Shown here: piece by piece, positions 24,487-37,981 of the stretch
Numbering within the stretch: the stretch's first letter is position 1
How the letters are laid out: every line of letters begins with the position of its first letter
Source: Eledone cirrhosa
Lineage: Eukaryota
Direction: 5' to 3'
DNA: 64,000 nt
Assembly (NCBI GenBank): GCA_964016885.1
Contig: OZ024743.1
Coordinates: forward strand, 282,348,001 to 282,412,000
The notes under the pieces: generated by a model
Told to the model about the DNA's origin: nothing
What the model saw: the letters and a program-made list of their open reading frames with translations, nothing else
Databases searched by the model: none
Made by a program: the position numbers and the translations under genes

Positions 24487-24529
24487 ATATATATATATAT
24501 ACATGTGTGTGCGCGTGCCATACATATAT

Positions 24530-24860
24530 ATCATCATCATTTTATGTCCGCTTTTCCCTGCGTGCAAGGGTGGGACGGGAACTGATTCTGGCTTGATTTC
24601 TACAGATGGATGCCCTTCCTAACACCAACCTCATTTACAGTGAGTGCTGGGTGCTTTTTTTCCGTGGTGCCTACACGTCCACTTTACAGTGTGGGCTGGG
24701 TGCTTTTTTTGCCGTGGCACCTCCATGACCACTTTGCAGTGAAATGATAGGGACCCTAGTCCTATCATCTCATTTCTACAGCTGAGTAAACTGGAGCAAT
24801 GTGAAATAAAGTGTCTTGCTCAAGGAAACAGCACATCACCCGGTCTGAGAAGTGAACTCG
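24530..24860 (-). mobile_element. SINE family 1 with B-type tail; head cut at the Penelope junction
   Basis: Matches 5168-5506 and 58662-59003; ends at gaactc where PLE sequence begins. Confidence 0.8.
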
Positions 24861-27800
24861 CCCTGGGCCGATGACTATCGTCTTGGACGCCGGCACCAGG
24901 GCGATTTAGCACCCTGGACACGTTCGTTGACGCCTGCCGTAGCGCAGTAAATCACTTCGACTTCCACCACAGTTCCAAACAGAATAACATCTCACAGGGC
25001 GAACTCCTCGCTCTCCGCTCCCTCCGTAGCCGGGATGACATTTTCATCAAACCGGCGGACAAGGTAGGCGCCGTGGTGGTGTGACGCGCTGAAGCCCTCA
25101 GGCAGCTCCGTAACCCCCTCTTCTACCACCCCCTACCCTCTGACCCCACACCCCTCTACCAACAACAAGTTTCCTCCACCAACAAACACCTTGTCTCCTC
25201 CTCCATCCTCCTTCCCACCTCATCTTCCGCACCTCCCGCACCCCTACTATCTACTTCCTCCCCAAACTCCACAAACCTGATAACCTAAGCCGCCTCATCG
25301 TCTCTGCTTGCAACTGACCCACTGAACTCATCTCCGCCTTTCTTGACTCCATCTTCGGTCGCCTCATCACCACCCTCCCCTCTCACATCTCCGACACCAA
25401 CCACGCCCTTCGCCTGTTCGACTCCTTCACTTTCCCACCCGGCCCACATCCCCTCCTCTTCACCCTAGACATCCAGTCCCTCTATACTGTTATCCCTCAC
25501 GCCGACGGCCTACGTACCCTCTGGCACTACCTTGACCTTTGCCCCTCCCTCATCCCCTCCCCCCAACCCTCCTTCACCTCGCCGAGCTGGTCCTCACCCT
25601 CAACTGCTTCTCCTTCTCGGGTGAGTTTTACCAACAGGTCACGAGGGTAGCCATGGGAACAAGAATGGGCCCTAACTATGCCAACCTTTCCATTGGCCAT
25701 GTTGAGGCCCAAATCTTGCCCAGTACACCGGCCCCACGCCTGAACTGTACGGTCGTTACATCGACGACTGCATCGGAGCCACGACCCTTACCCGAGAACA
25801 GCTCGACCCTTTCTCTCTTTCTTCTGCTCCTTCCACCCCTCCCTCCACTTCACCACCTCTATCTCCACCACCCACGTCCACTTCTTAGACATCTCCATTG
25901 CCTCGTCACCTCCACCTTCTTCAAACCCACCGACTCCCACACCTACCTCGACTTCACCTCCTCCCACTCTACACACACTAAACACTCTATTCCCTACTCA
26001 TAACTTCTCCGGATCCGCCGCCTCTGCAGCCGAGATGCTGACTTTGAGTTCCAAGCCCTTTCCCTAGTCAGCCATTTCATCCGGCGAGGTTACCCCACCC
26101 CCTCCTGGTCCACACTACCCTCACTCGTGCCTGTACTATCCACCGCTCTACCACCCTCACCCCACACCACCACCCATCCACCCACCATCTCCCCTTCCCC
26201 ATCACCTACCACCCCTCCCCTCCACTGCACCATCCTCCACCTCTTCCTCCACCTCCAGTCCGACCCCTCCACTTCCCCCATCTTCCCATCCCCACCCCTC
26301 CCCTCCTTCAAACGCGCACGCAATGTCTGCACCCTCCTCGTCCACGGCTCCTTACCCCCCCCCTGGTTCACTGCCCTGCTCCAGGCCACATTGCCACACC
26401 TGCCCCCACATCACCAACACCACCACCTTCCATGGTCCCAATGGCCGCTCTCTCTCTGTCCGGCATGCCTTCCGCTGCACCTCCTCCAACCTAGTCTATG
26501 GACTTCGCTGCACGGAGTGCAGCGCAACTTACGTCAGACAGACTGGACGTCGCCTGGTGGACCGTTTCACTGAACACCTCCGGGATATTTGCCTCGGCGG
26601 GAGTTCCCCGATCACCCACCACTTTCGCTCCCCTGGACATTCCGCCAACCACCTCACAGTCTGTGGCCTACTCCAATGCCATGGAACACCCGCCACCCGC
26701 CTCACGGTCGAACAACGCACCATCTTCACCCTCCAGACCCACACACACCCCTGGCCTGAACTCTCCACCCCTATTTCTTTAGCCTTCGACCGCCCACCCT
26801 TCCCCCACACATTCCCCACTAACACCTCTAACACACTTCCCCTTTTCACCGCCCCACCCTCTTGGCCCATCCCACAACTAACAATACTAACCCCCCCCCC
26901 AACAATACTAACATCCCCACCCCTCCCCCTAGCCCGCACACACCCACCTGAACATATATACACACTCTACTACCACCACTAACCCTCCCCCACACATCCA
27001 CTCCGACCACCCCACAACTAACATCACTAACCCCCGCCTGACTCCACGCACACGAACACACACCATCACACACACACACACACACACCTATGTACACCAC
27101 CCACTCCACACACCCAACCACCCCTAACCCCCACTTACACACCCACTTTCCACCCTTTCCCCAACACATGTAATACTAACACCCACTAACACCCCCTTTA
27201 CCATACACACACTCATCCAAACACGCACACACACACACCAGTACACTACACTCCCTCCTCCGTCCCCAACACCTCTTCCCTCTCTCTCTCTCTCTCTCTC
27301 CCTCTTTCTCTCCCTCTCTCTCCCTCTCTCTCCCTCTCCCCACTCCCCCTACACCCCTTCACACACACACATCCCACTAACACCTCTACTAATATACACC
27401 CCATCGCTCCACTTCACCACCTTCCCCTTCCACCCTTCACACCTACCCATCCTCTCCCATGTCCACTGCACCTCCACACAAACAGACACACACACAGTCC
27501 TCACCACACTGACCTTACTCCACCTGTCATCCAGCTCTACTGCTATCTCTTCACCCTGCCTTGACCCTCTGACCACTTCCTGTTTCGCGTGCACCCCACT
27601 TCCCTCCACTTCTGACCACCACCAACATTGGATTCTACACCACCAGGCATCTCTCCAGCCATCCACTCCATAACATGAAAAATATCCAGCAACTCTTCTC
27701 ACACTCGATGGAACTACCTCAGGACCTTACCCACGAACATACACTCACATTTTTTTTCACACCACGCCACCCACATCCACACCACGTATAAACACAAACA

Positions 27801-28306
27801 CACACGTGCTTACCCCACATATACACACTCAACCTCCGGAATCCACACGCCCCTCCCCCACCCCCGGAACCCCCTCCTGCCACACGCACGCACACACCTT
27901 TTCCTGAACATGGAACCTCGTTCTTCCTCTCACATACACATGCACACACACTCACGTACACCTACACACATACACAAACACCACCTTCAGCCTTCCCCAC
28001 TTCGACCCCCCCGCCTCCCTCGCCCAACTCCACCCACCACCACCCTTACACGCCTCACACCCTTCCACCACTTGTTCATCTTATTGTTTATTCTTGTTTA
28101 TTTTTACGTTTATTTTTATTTTTATTTATTCTCCTTCCCCCTTTTTCCTAAATGTATTTCCACACACCCTCGGAACTCTCTTCCTAACCTATTTATCCTG
28201 AAGAAGGGCTTATGCCCGAAACGTCCCCCCCCCCCACTCTCAAGAGCGTGAACCTAATAAACCTTTATTTGTCTGCCTCTCTGTTTTGTTCCCGTCTAAA
28301 TTTGCA
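24861..28306 (+). mobile_element. Penelope-like element (RT plus C-terminal GIY-YIG endonuclease), degenerate, with a C/A-rich 3' region
   Basis: IKPADK.GAVVV, YFLPKLHK, DIQSLYTVIPH, AMGTRMGPNYANL, RYIDD, KPTDSHTYL, CSRPHCHTCPH, NLVYGLRC...YVRQTGRRLVDRFTEH; AATAAA at ~28256, then (TA)n. Confidence 0.9.
28190..28230 (+). ncRNA. Minimal hammerhead-ribozyme-like motif in the PLE 3' terminal region
   Basis: CTGAAGA-A-GGGC-TTAT-GCCC-GAAACGTC; helix I pairing is not evident in this copy. Confidence 0.65.
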
Positions 28307-28419
28307 CTATATATATATATATATATATATGACGTATTATCTTCATATTATTTTCCCGTTCTTTGCCAGGGAATGTTTCCACGAACCAAAGTATCGTCTT
28401 CCTGTCTTCCTTCGGTTGC

Positions 28420-28590
28420 AACGTTTTACAAATATTTACTTCTGCGTTCACAGATTGATATTTTTAGTTTCACAAGATCCTGTTAAGAGTGAAAACAGCG
28501 ATTCTTTGCTTAAACTTTAATCTGTTATTTTAATAAATATTTGCACTACGGTTCTTATATATTTGATATATATTTATCCTTATCGAGCAC
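28420..28590. mobile_element. Rearranged fragment related to the Helitron at 18855-19462
   Basis: 28420-28535 is the reverse complement of ~19020-19135; 28550-28589 matches 18893-18932 in direct orientation. Confidence 0.6.
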
Positions 28591-29107
28591 TCTTTGGATT
28601 TTAGTCTTCAAATTTATTATTATTACTATATATATATATATATATATATACAGTATCTGTATATATATATATAGTGTGTATGTATGTAAGTGTATAAATA
28701 AACAAAGAAACAATAGCCCACAGTCGAAACCAGGATATGTTTATGTGTTCAGGTGTTCCTGTACTTATTCCCCAGGTAAATATAACACCAGCCAGTTTAC
28801 CTGTTTTCTTCAACAGACAAGTAAACAATTTGTCACTTCCTTTTATCTTAGAATCAATTATATAAACCAGAGGAGGTTTCTAAGCTTTCTGGGGGACTAC
28901 TGGCCCCATTTTAGAGAAAATATCCAATCAAATCCATTCATCAAAAACTATACACTGAAAATGTTCATTTTAATACTTTGATTTTGTATTTGTTCTACAA
29001 GATTCTTGACCCAAAATTTTGTGTTGAAACAGATATTGTTCTACTTGGGAGACGGGGATGTCAAGCCGCCAATAAAAAACACACCAGTTGAGTTTCACTT
29101 CAGTTTT

Positions 29108-29405
29108 ATTATTAGTTACTAGTCAAATAGCCAATCCATTCCTCAGTCAGTCTAGCAACTGGTTGGTTCTTTAATTGTCAAAGGTCTTTCATCACACATC
29201 CTGTGACCTTCTCAATGAGCTATTTTTACCCTGTGTATCTCAAAAAGACAAGGAGTAGGTAGAACAAAATCAAAACAAAGAGGAGACACACAGGGTAAAA
29301 ACAGTCATTGAAGAGGTCACAAAATGTGATGAAAGAGTTTTGACAATTAAATAACCATCCAGTTACCAAACTAACTGAGGAATGGATTAGTTACCTAACT
29401 AATAA
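29108..29405. repeat. Imperfect palindrome / foldback (~125-bp arms, ~40-bp loop)
   Basis: aatccattcctcagt...accctgtgtatctc pairs with gagacacacagggt...actgaggaatggatt. Confidence 0.85.
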
Positions 29406-29655
29406 TGGTTTCTGATTTTAGGCACAAGACCAACAATTCTAGGGGAGGGGAAAGCCAATTAAATTGACCCCAGTGCATTGCTGGTACTTTATTTTATTGA
29501 CCCCATAAGGAGGAAAGGCAAAGCTAACCTAGTTAACCTCAGCTCGGATATCAGGGAATTGCTCCAGGTAGAACTACTACTTCTCACCATCAATTCTACG
29601 GAAAGCTAGAAAGTTAAAGGAAAGAATTACTGGTGAGATTTTACTTTTTTTTGTG

Positions 29656-29854
29656 TTAACCCTTTAGTATTTACATTATATATACTATTGTATTTTCACA
29701 GTAAAGGCTTTACCTCACATAATATCAAATCTATGAGATTTTGATATTATTTATTTTGAGAATAATACCTTAACATCAGTATGAGTGGCCAGTTATGGCC
29801 AGTTTGGACAGAAAGAGGTGAGAGGATTCTGGCCGGATATGGCTAAAGGGTTAA
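29656..29854 (-). mobile_element. piggyBac MITE family 1
   Basis: TTAA/CCCTTTAG termini; reverse complement of 4215-4443. Confidence 0.8.
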
Positions 29855-30272
29855 TCTACCATGACAAAAAGCACCCAGTCTGTTCTGTAAGGTGATAGTG
29901 GTGGCGCTACAACAAAAAGCATGAAGTCCACTCCATAAGGTGGTCATAATGGTACCATGAAAAAAAGCTCACAGTCCACACTGTTAGGTGGTAGCAGTGA
30001 TGTCACACACACACAAAAAAAAAAAAAAAATTCCAGTACATGCTGTAAGGAGGCATTAGGAGAGGGATCCAGCTAGAGAAAACCCGAGATAAAATGGGGA
30101 TTTTATGTGAGGGGTAAAGTTAATTCAATGACCCCACAGTTCTTGACTGGTACTCTATTTTATCTAGAATCAAAAGAGCAAAATTTGAACTCAGAACAAA
30201 AGGGACATAAATACTGCAAAGCATTTGCCCGATGCTCTATCGATTCCAGCCTATTTTCACTACCTTACATCT

Positions 30273-30486
30273 TTAACCCTTCAGCATTTAAACCGGACAG
30301 AATTCCCTCGCCTCTTTCTGCTCAAAACGGCTGTAACTAGTCACTCATACTGATGTTAAGGTATTGTTCTCAAAATAAATACCAAAAACTCAGATTCAAT
30401 ATTTTGTGGGATAATTATGTGAGGTAAAGCCTTTACCATGAACATATAATAGTAAATATAGAGTAATGTAAATGTTAAAGGGTTAA
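30273..30486 (+). mobile_element. piggyBac MITE family 1
   Basis: TTAA|CCCTT...AAAGGG|TTAA. Confidence 0.8.
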
Positions 30487-31098
30487 ACTTAAACCTTTCA
30501 TCACAATATTTTTAATGAAAGACACTACCTATGATTTTCAAATTGTTTTGAAAATAGTCAAGAATTTGGAGAACTTACGTAATATAACTACTAACTTTGA
30601 AACTATGAAGCTGGTGTTTGGAGCATAACCCTTTCATTACCATATTTTTAATGAAAAACTGCTTACAATTTTCAAATAATTTTGAAAATAAAGAAGTTGT
30701 AAGAATTTGGTAATATCTTTCTCATCATTAATCTAGTGCTTATACATACATTTATATGTATGTATAATTAAATGAGTATATAATTAAATACAGGATACTT
30801 AAATATGGAATGTTACGCGATGTCCCCCCCCCCCCACACACACACAGCACCAGTGGACAGGATGGAGAAGGCGTTCCCACGGAGGACGTCAAGGGAGACG
30901 TGCTGGAGCATGATTTATCAGTTTCATTACCATATGAACTACCATTCTAACTACCTATGAAATAATTTTGAAAATAATCAAGAATTTGGAAGAATTTCAT
31001 AATAAAACTGGCTTTCTCATTATTAACCCTTTAGCATTTAAACCAGCCATATCCAACCAGAATTCTGTTCAAACCAGCCATAACTGACTGCTTATACT

Positions 31099-31246
31099 TA
31101 TCTCATTTCTACAGCTGGGTAAACTGGAGCAATGTGAAATAAAGTGTCTTGCTCAAGGAAACAACACATCACCCGGTCTGAGAATTGAACTCACAATCTT
31201 TCGATTGCAAGCCCAATGCTCTAACCACTAAGCCATGTGCTTCCAT
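31099..31246 (-). mobile_element. SINE family 1, head and CORE-like segment
   Basis: A box TGGCTTAGTGG, B box GAGTTCAATTC. Confidence 0.8.
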
Positions 31247-31274
31247 GTGCCTATATATACACACATACATATAT

Positions 31275-31870
31275 GGTGGCTGCCAACTCGTTTTCGAGTA
31301 CGGCCACTACTTTATATCCATGTAGGAGAACCCCTACCGATGCGCTGACTTTTTAGTCCAGCCAGCGACTTGAAAACTCTGGTACAAACACTACACTTGT
31401 GACAATTATTGACACATAGTGCTGGGCCCATGGTACCATGTGACGACAAGTGCAGAGAGATCTCCAGATACAAAGCAATGCCTGTGCCGTGAAGCTTTTA
31501 TAGTGAGCAAAGGCACTGCACAAAGCCAGTCCCACTCTCTTAACCAAGATGATATTTACCAAAAAGAAGAACAAGTCAACATCATTGGATACCATCAGAG
31601 TTGCAGGTGTTATATCAGAGTTTTCCTTCTCCTAGAATTGTGCCTTGACAAAGGCTAAGGGGTCATCTCTCCCGGTGATTTTGGATGGCCATTGACTCTT
31701 AAGAGCTCCTTTGCTCTTTGACAGGTTTTATTTTTAGTCCTGCAGGATGTCCTAAGTCACCCTCCTCAACAAGAAACCTTGGTGGGGTTGCCAGTTTAAT
31801 CGCCAACGACCCGACCATGGGACAGGTTGTACTGGGATACATGTTAGCAGTAGCACCAACTGGTGACCTA
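31275..31870 (-). mobile_element. Probable non-autonomous RTE-derived element (5'-UTR-like) in a (TA)n context
   Basis: Minus-strand motifs taaactggcaacccc and ctaggagaaggaaaactctga resemble RTE 5' UTR motifs; no convincing ORF. Confidence 0.4.
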
Positions 31871-32049
31871 ACATATACATATATATATACATACATATAT
31901 ACACACGCACACAATACCAACACCCTAAAATATTTCCATTCATATCATCTCATGATTTTATATTTGTTTTCAAACATATCAGTATCTTGTCTCCAACAAT
32001 GATCCTATCATCATCACCACCATCATGATTGTGATCGCCATCACACTCA

Positions 32050-35000
32050 GCATCATTACCAACATCATACCATCACCATCATTACCATCATCATACCATC
32101 ACCATCATTACCAACATCATACCATCACCATCATTACCAACATCATACCATCACCATCATTATCATCATCATACCATCACCATCATTATCATCATCATAC
32201 CATCACCATCATTACCAACATCATACTATCACCATCATTACCAACATCATACCATCACCATCATTACCAACATCATACCATCACCATCATTATCATCATC
32301 ATACCATCACCATCATTATCATCATCATACCATCACCATCATTACCAACATCATACCATCACCATCCTTATCATCATCATACCATCACCATCATTATCAT
32401 CATCATACCATCACCATCATTACCAACATCATACTATCACCATCATTACCAACATCATACCATCACCATCATTACCAACATCATACCATCACCATCATTA
32501 TCATCATCATACCATCACCATCATTACCAACATCATACTATCACCATCATTACCAACATCATACCATCACCATCATTACCAACATCATACCATCACCATC
32601 CTTATCATCATCATACTATCACCATCATTACCAACATCATACCATCACCATCATTACCAACATCATACTATCACCATCATTACCAACATCATACCATCAC
32701 CATCATTACCATCATCATACCATCACCATCATTATCATCATCATACCATCACCATCATTATCATCATCATACCATCACCATCATTACCAACATCATACCA
32801 TCACCATCATTACCAACATCATACAATCACCATCATTATCATCATCATACCATCACCATCATTATCATCATCATACCATCACCATCATTATCATCATCAT
32901 ACCATCACCATCATTATCATCATCATACCATCACCATCATTACCAACATCATACCATCACCATCATTATCATCATCATACCATCACCATCATTATCATCA
33001 TCATACCATCACCATCATTACCAACATCATACCATCACCATCCTTATCATCATCATACCATCACCATCATTATCATCATCATACCATCACCATCATTATC
33101 ATCATCATACCATCACCATCATTATCATCATCATACCATCACCATCATTACCAACATCATACCATCACCATCCTTATCATCATCATACCATCACCATCAT
33201 TATCATCATCATACCATCACCATCATTACCAACATCATACCATCACCATCATTACCAACATCATACCATCACCATCATTATCATCATCATACCATCACCA
33301 TCATTATCATCATCATACCATCACCATCATTATCATCATCATACCATCACCATCATTACCAACATCATACCATCACCATCATTACCAACATCATACCATC
33401 ACCATCATTATCATCATCATACCATCACCATCATTATCATCATCATACCATCACCATCATTACCAACATCATACTATCACCATCATTACCAACATCATAC
33501 CATCACCATCATTACCAACATCATACCATCACCATCATTATCATCATCATACCATCACCATCATTACCAACATCATACCATCACCATCCTTATCATCATC
33601 ATACCATCACCATCATTATCATCATCATACCATCACCATCCTTATCATCATCATACCATCACCATCATTATCATCATCATACCATCACCATCATTACCAA
33701 CATCATACTATCACCATCATTACCAACATCATACCATCACCATCATTACCAACATCATACCATCACCATCATTATCATCATCATACCATCACCATCATTA
33801 CCAACATCATACTATCACCATCATTACCAACATCATACCATCACCATCATTACCAACATCATACCATCACCATCCTTATCATCATCATACTATCACCATC
33901 ATTACCAACATCATACCATCACCATCATTACCAACATCATACCATCACCATCATTACCAACATCATACCATCACCATCATTACCAACATCATACCATCAC
34001 CATCCTTATCATCATCATACCATCACCATCATTATCATCATCATACCATCACCATCATTACCAACATCATACCATCACCATCATTACCAACATCATACCA
34101 TCCCCATCCTTACCAACATCATACCATCACCATCATTACCAACATCATACCATCACCATCATTACCAACATCATACCATCACCATCATTATCATCATCAT
34201 ACCATCACCATCATTACCAACATCATACCATCACCATCATTACCAACATCATACTATCACCATCATTACCAACATCATACCATCATCATCATTACCAACA
34301 TCATACCATCACCATCATTACCAACATCATACCATCACCATCATTACCAACATCATACCATCACCATCATTACCAACATCATACCATCACCATCATTACC
34401 AACATCATACCATCACCATCATTACCAACATCATACCATCACCATCATTACCAACATCATACCATCACCATCATTACCAACATCATACCATCACCATCAT
34501 TACCAACATCATACCATCACCATCATTACCAACATCATACCATCACCATCATTACCAACATCATACCATCACCATCCTTACCAACATCATACCATCACCA
34601 TCATTACCAACATCATACCATCACCATCATTACCAACATCATACCATCACCATCATTACCAACATCATACCATCACCATCATTACCAACATCATACCATC
34701 ACCATCATTACCAACATCATACCATCACCATCATTACCAACATCATACCATCACCATCATTACCAACATCATACCATCACCATCATTACCAACATCATAC
34801 CATCACCATCATTACCAACATCATACCATCACCATCATTACCAACATCATACCATCACCATCATTACCAACATCATACCATCACCATCATTACCAACATC
34901 ATACCATCACCATCATTACCAACATCATACCATCACCATCATTACCAACATCATACCATCACCATCCTTACCAACATCATACCATCACCATCATTACCAA

Positions 35001-35560
35001 CATCATACCATCACCATCATTACCAACATCATACCATCACCATCCTTACCAACATCATACCATCACCATCATTACCAACATCATACCATCACCATCATTA
35101 CCAACATCATACCATCACCATCCTTACCAACATCATACCATCACCATCATTACCAACATCATACCATCACCATCATTACCAACATCATACCATCACCATC
35201 ATTACCAACATCATACCATCACTATCATTACCAACATCATACCATCACCATCATTACCAACATCATACCATCACCATCATTACCAACATCATACCATCAC
35301 CATCATTACCAACATCATACTATCACCATCATTACCAACATCATACCATCACCATCATTATCATCATCATACCATCATCATCATTACCAACATCATACCA
35401 TCACCATCATTACCAACATCATACCATCAGCATCATTACCAACATCATACCATCAGCATCATTACCAACATCATACCATCACCATCATTACCAACATCAT
35501 ACCATCACCATCATTACCAACATCATACCATCACCATCATTATCATCATCATACCATCAC
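32050..35560. repeat. 26-bp minisatellite, ~135 copies (CATCATTACCAACATCATACCATCAC)
   Basis: Direct inspection; the translation repeats every 26 aa, i.e. every 3 units. Confidence 0.97.
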
Positions 35561-35724
35561 CACGATCATGATTGTGATCGCCATCATACTTATCACCACC
35601 ATCATCATCATGCCATCACCACCATTACCAACATCATACCAACACCACCACTACCATCATCATGCCATCACCATCATTATACCATCAGCATCTATATATT
35701 ATATATATTTATATATATATATAT

Positions 35725-36185
35725 GGTTGCACCTCTCAAAGGCGATGACAAAGGACCCAGATCTCTGATGTTATGCAGTATTATAGGGGACCAGACTCCC
35801 CATGGGCACAGGTTGAGATTGAAGCATATAAATAGTATGCACCACCCAACCCCACCAACTCCCATACATCTCCCATGGGCTGAAGCAAACATCCAGTGAA
35901 GCCTCCAAGTTCACACTGTAAAGTGGTCGAGACAGCGACATGGCAAAAAAGTGACCAACCCACACTGTGAAGTGGTTGTGTATGTGTCACAAAAAAAGCA
36001 CCCAGCCCACACTGTAAATGAGGTTGGCACTGGGAAGGGCATCCAGCTGTAGAAACCAAGCCAAAATAGGTTCTGTACAAGCAAGTCATGGTTATCTGAC
36101 TTGGCATTGCTCACAACAGGATAACTCATCTAGCCCATGGCAGCATGGAAAAATGGATGTTAAACAGAGATGATGATGATGATGA

Positions 36186-36190
<5 letters not shown>
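35725..36190 (+). mobile_element. Retroposon ending in the shared SINE-1/RTE-A 3' module
   Basis: Subrepeats cacactgtaaagtgg, ggaagggcatccagctgtagaaa; (GAT)n followed by (TA)n. Confidence 0.65.
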
Positions 36191-36248
<58 letters not shown>

Positions 36249-36789
36249 TCTTTTCTTTATCATTATATCTGTTCATTCTTTCTCTTTTTTTTTTGCAGAT
36301 GTAGATTGAAAAATTGTCATAATAATGATTTTCAACTGTGTTGTCATTATCATCTTTATTGCTCTCATAATCATCACCACAACCACCACTACTACCACTG
36401 CCATCACCACCATCACACCACCACCACCACTGCCACCATCATCATCATCATCAACATCATTATCATTGTTATCTTTGCCATCATCCTCAGCACCCTCATC
36501 ACCATCGCCACCACTATCATCATTATCTGATTTAGTGTCTATTTTTCCCTATACATACTTAAATGACAGAAAAAGAAATTATTTTTCATGTAAGCAGTAA
36601 AAATATAAAATATACCAAAAAAAATAACAAAATAACTGAGCTTGTTTAATGTTTCAACACTGTAATTCAGTAAAAAGACTGCCATATTGGGAGGTTAAAT
36701 TTGAGATAATAACTGAAATACATAGAGAAATTGATGGTTAGCTCTATTGCTATTATGAGACATACAGCTTTATCTATCTATCTTACAAG

Positions 36790-36858
<69 letters not shown>

Positions 36859-37000
36859 CTCTATCTATCTATCTATCTTACTCCTCTTTTCTTTTGCTCT
36901 TTCTGTCTCTTGATTGTTTTCTCCATCTCTTTCTCCCCTCGTCCCCTCTTGTTATCATTCGTTTCCATTTTTTCTCCCCCCCCCTTTCTCTCTCTCTCTA

Positions 37001-37034
<34 letters not shown>

Positions 37035-37085
37035 CAGAGAGAGATAGGGGGAGAGAGGGAAAGAGAGAGAGAGCATGAAAACTAT

Positions 37086-37123
<38 letters not shown>

Positions 37124-37981
37124 GTATGTATATATATAGCTTTCATGCTCTCTATTATTTTAACTTCCTACTTGCTCTCAAAAATGTTCATAGATATGTA
37201 TCTTGCATTTTTCTTTGGCTATTAAAATATTCATGATAGTAAGCTATACACACATACACACATACATGTATATACATACACAGTACACACATACACATAT
37301 TCCTGCACATACATGCACACGCAAACATCACACCAAGCACACACTATACACACACATAAACACTCACCATGCACATGTATACACATACATATATACACAC
37401 ATGCACAGTAATATAAATGTGTGCACACACATACACACACATACACATAATAATACTTATTTTCCAATTTATTTAAATATATTCCTTAGACATTGAAGCA
37501 GGATAAATTTCTTTGTTTGCACTTTAACCACCATCGGCACCTTCTACCATTTCACCACCAGCACCACCATTTGAAGAAGAAGAAGAAGAAGAAGAAGAAG
37601 AAGAAGATGAATGGGGGAGAAGGGGTGGAGTGGTGGGGGTGAAGCGGATGAAGGGCGGAAGAGAATGGGGAGGAGGAGGAGGAGGAGGAGATGATGCAGG
37701 ATATTTGCTATGTCCCTAGATATAGTACATAGTTTCTAATAGCGCAGTTGATTTCACTGTAAATAGGCTCCATGAGAAGGTTCAGTTCATTTATATAACT
37801 AATGAAACCAGTGTTCAAGTGATAAATATTTTGTTAGCTTCTAGTGCATAACCATGAAATTTCAAATAGCATGAAAAAACTACTTAATGAATCCCAATAT
37901 AAATCGCATCATTGAATCACAGCATAACGACATGTCTTCAGTAGTATGTTAATGGACATAATTTTAGCATTTAACTATGCT

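Noticed and set aside
26950-27960. Gly/Val/Cys-rich minus-strand ORFs
   Set aside because: Antisense translation of the C/A-rich low-complexity PLE 3' region.
32050-35560. CRISPR-like array
   Set aside because: Head-to-tail repeats with no unique spacers, no cas genes, and a eukaryotic context.
32025-35768. 1247-aa His/Ile/Thr-rich ORF
   Set aside because: Translation of a 26-bp minisatellite whose unit has no stop in any + frame. The unit is not a multiple of 3, and there is no evidence of coding constraint.
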